From NCBI GenBank assembly GCA_963667565.1, contig OY763415.1, positions 64,001-128,000 on the forward strand: a stretch of 64,000 bases of DNA. The letters run 5' to 3'. The position numbers were made by a program, and so were the translations under genes. Below are positions 61,961 to 64,000 of this stretch, piece after piece (position 1 is the first letter of the stretch; each line of letters starts with the position of its first letter). A model generated the notes under the pieces. The model was given only the letters and a program-made list of their open reading frames with translations. It was not told the origin of the DNA and searched no databases. This DNA is from Acholeplasmataceae bacterium (lineage in GTDB: Bacteria > Bacillota_I > Bacilli_A > Acholeplasmatales > Acholeplasmataceae).

Positions 61961-62796
61961 GTTTAAAAGATATTAAACTTAGAATGGATGCCATTAAAAA
62001 AACAGCAACGATTACACAAGCTATGCATAATATTGCATTATCTAAAATTAGAAAATCGACTGATTTATCTGATCACACAATAAATTTTTCTAATAAACTT
62101 TTAGATATCTTAAAATATGCAAATGAAAATACTGATGGTATTTCTAGATATTGTGAACCTATAAAAAATCCAAATAAATTATATATTTTAGTCACTGCTG
62201 ATCGTGGATTATGCGGAAGCTACCATAATCAATTATTTAAATTGTTTTTAGCAGATACTAAAGATATGCCTAAGTCAAATTATCAAGTATTAACCATTGG
62301 TAAAAAGGGATTTTATTTTGCACAAAAAAATGGCCTACCAATGATCAATGATGAAGTGGTTTACCATAGAGATGATTTAGTAACCATGTCTATGAGATCA
62401 TATGCGGATATTATTAAAAAAGCATATGAAGAAGGTTATGTGGATGAAGTACTTATCTACCATAATCACTATGTAAACACTGCGTCGCAACAAGTGGTTA
62501 AAAAATCAATCTTACCACTTGTCTTTGATGAAGAAAAAATACATTCACAATTCATCTATGATGCAGCACCTGAAGTGGTGATGGATCGTACAGTTAGAAT
62601 TTATGTTGAAGCAAAAATGATAGAAGCACTAGCAGATGCGAAATTAAGTGAACATGCGAGTCGTATGGTTGCAATGAAAAATGCAACTGATAATGCAAAT
62701 CAAATCGTTGATCGTCTGCATATGCAATATCATAGAGCACGTCAACAAGAAATCACAAGTGAACTCATTGACGTTGTCAATGGTTCAAACGTTTAG
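61957..62796 (+). CDS. atpG: ATP synthase subunit gamma
   Basis: [30 protein letters not shown]. Confidence 0.96.
   Translation: MSLKDIKLRMDAIKKTATITQAMHNIALSKIRKSTDLSDHTINFSNKLLDILKYANENTDGISRYCEPIKNPNKLYILVTADRGLCGSYHNQLFKLFLADTKDMPKSNYQVLTIGKKGFYFAQKNGLPMINDEVVYHRDDLVTMSMRSYADIIKKAYEEGYVDEVLIYHNHYVNTASQQVVKKSILPLVFDEEKIHSQFIYDAAPEVVMDRTVRIYVEAKMIEALADAKLSEHASRMVAMKNATDNANQIVDRLHMQYHRARQQEITSELIDVVNGSNV

Positions 62797-64000
<1,204 letters not shown>

Overview
AT-rich bacterial chromosome segment using the standard code (Trp=TGG; TGA ends several genes). It is most consistent with a wall-less Acholeplasmataceae-type Mollicute; this is inferred from gene content and order, RpoB H526Q and the long RpoC/L9 forms. 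The core content is rlmB-sigH-rpmG-secE-nusG, rplKAJL-rpoBC, rpsLG-fusA-tuf, rpsF-ssb-rpsR-gdpP/rplI-dnaB, prfA-prmC-tsaC-typA and rpiB-upp plus a Na+-type atp operon. About 19.5 kb of accessory DNA separates rpoC from rpsL. It holds (i) a translationally coupled serine-palmitoyltransferase-like plus SDR gene pair, a candidate sphingolipid pathway, near other lipid-related genes and a candidate CU-rich sRNA. It also holds (ii) a decayed Rhs/YD polymorphic-toxin island with a collapsed and partly inverted parent gene, orphan toxin tips, many candidate immunity genes and a serine-recombinase stub. Other oddities are two alpha-CTD-like domains fused to the N-terminus of RpoC, an in-frame GdpP-L9 fusion with an internal RBS, and an HtrA lipoprotein with a dead plus a live protease domain. 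All family assignments come from reading motifs by eye; no searches were run.
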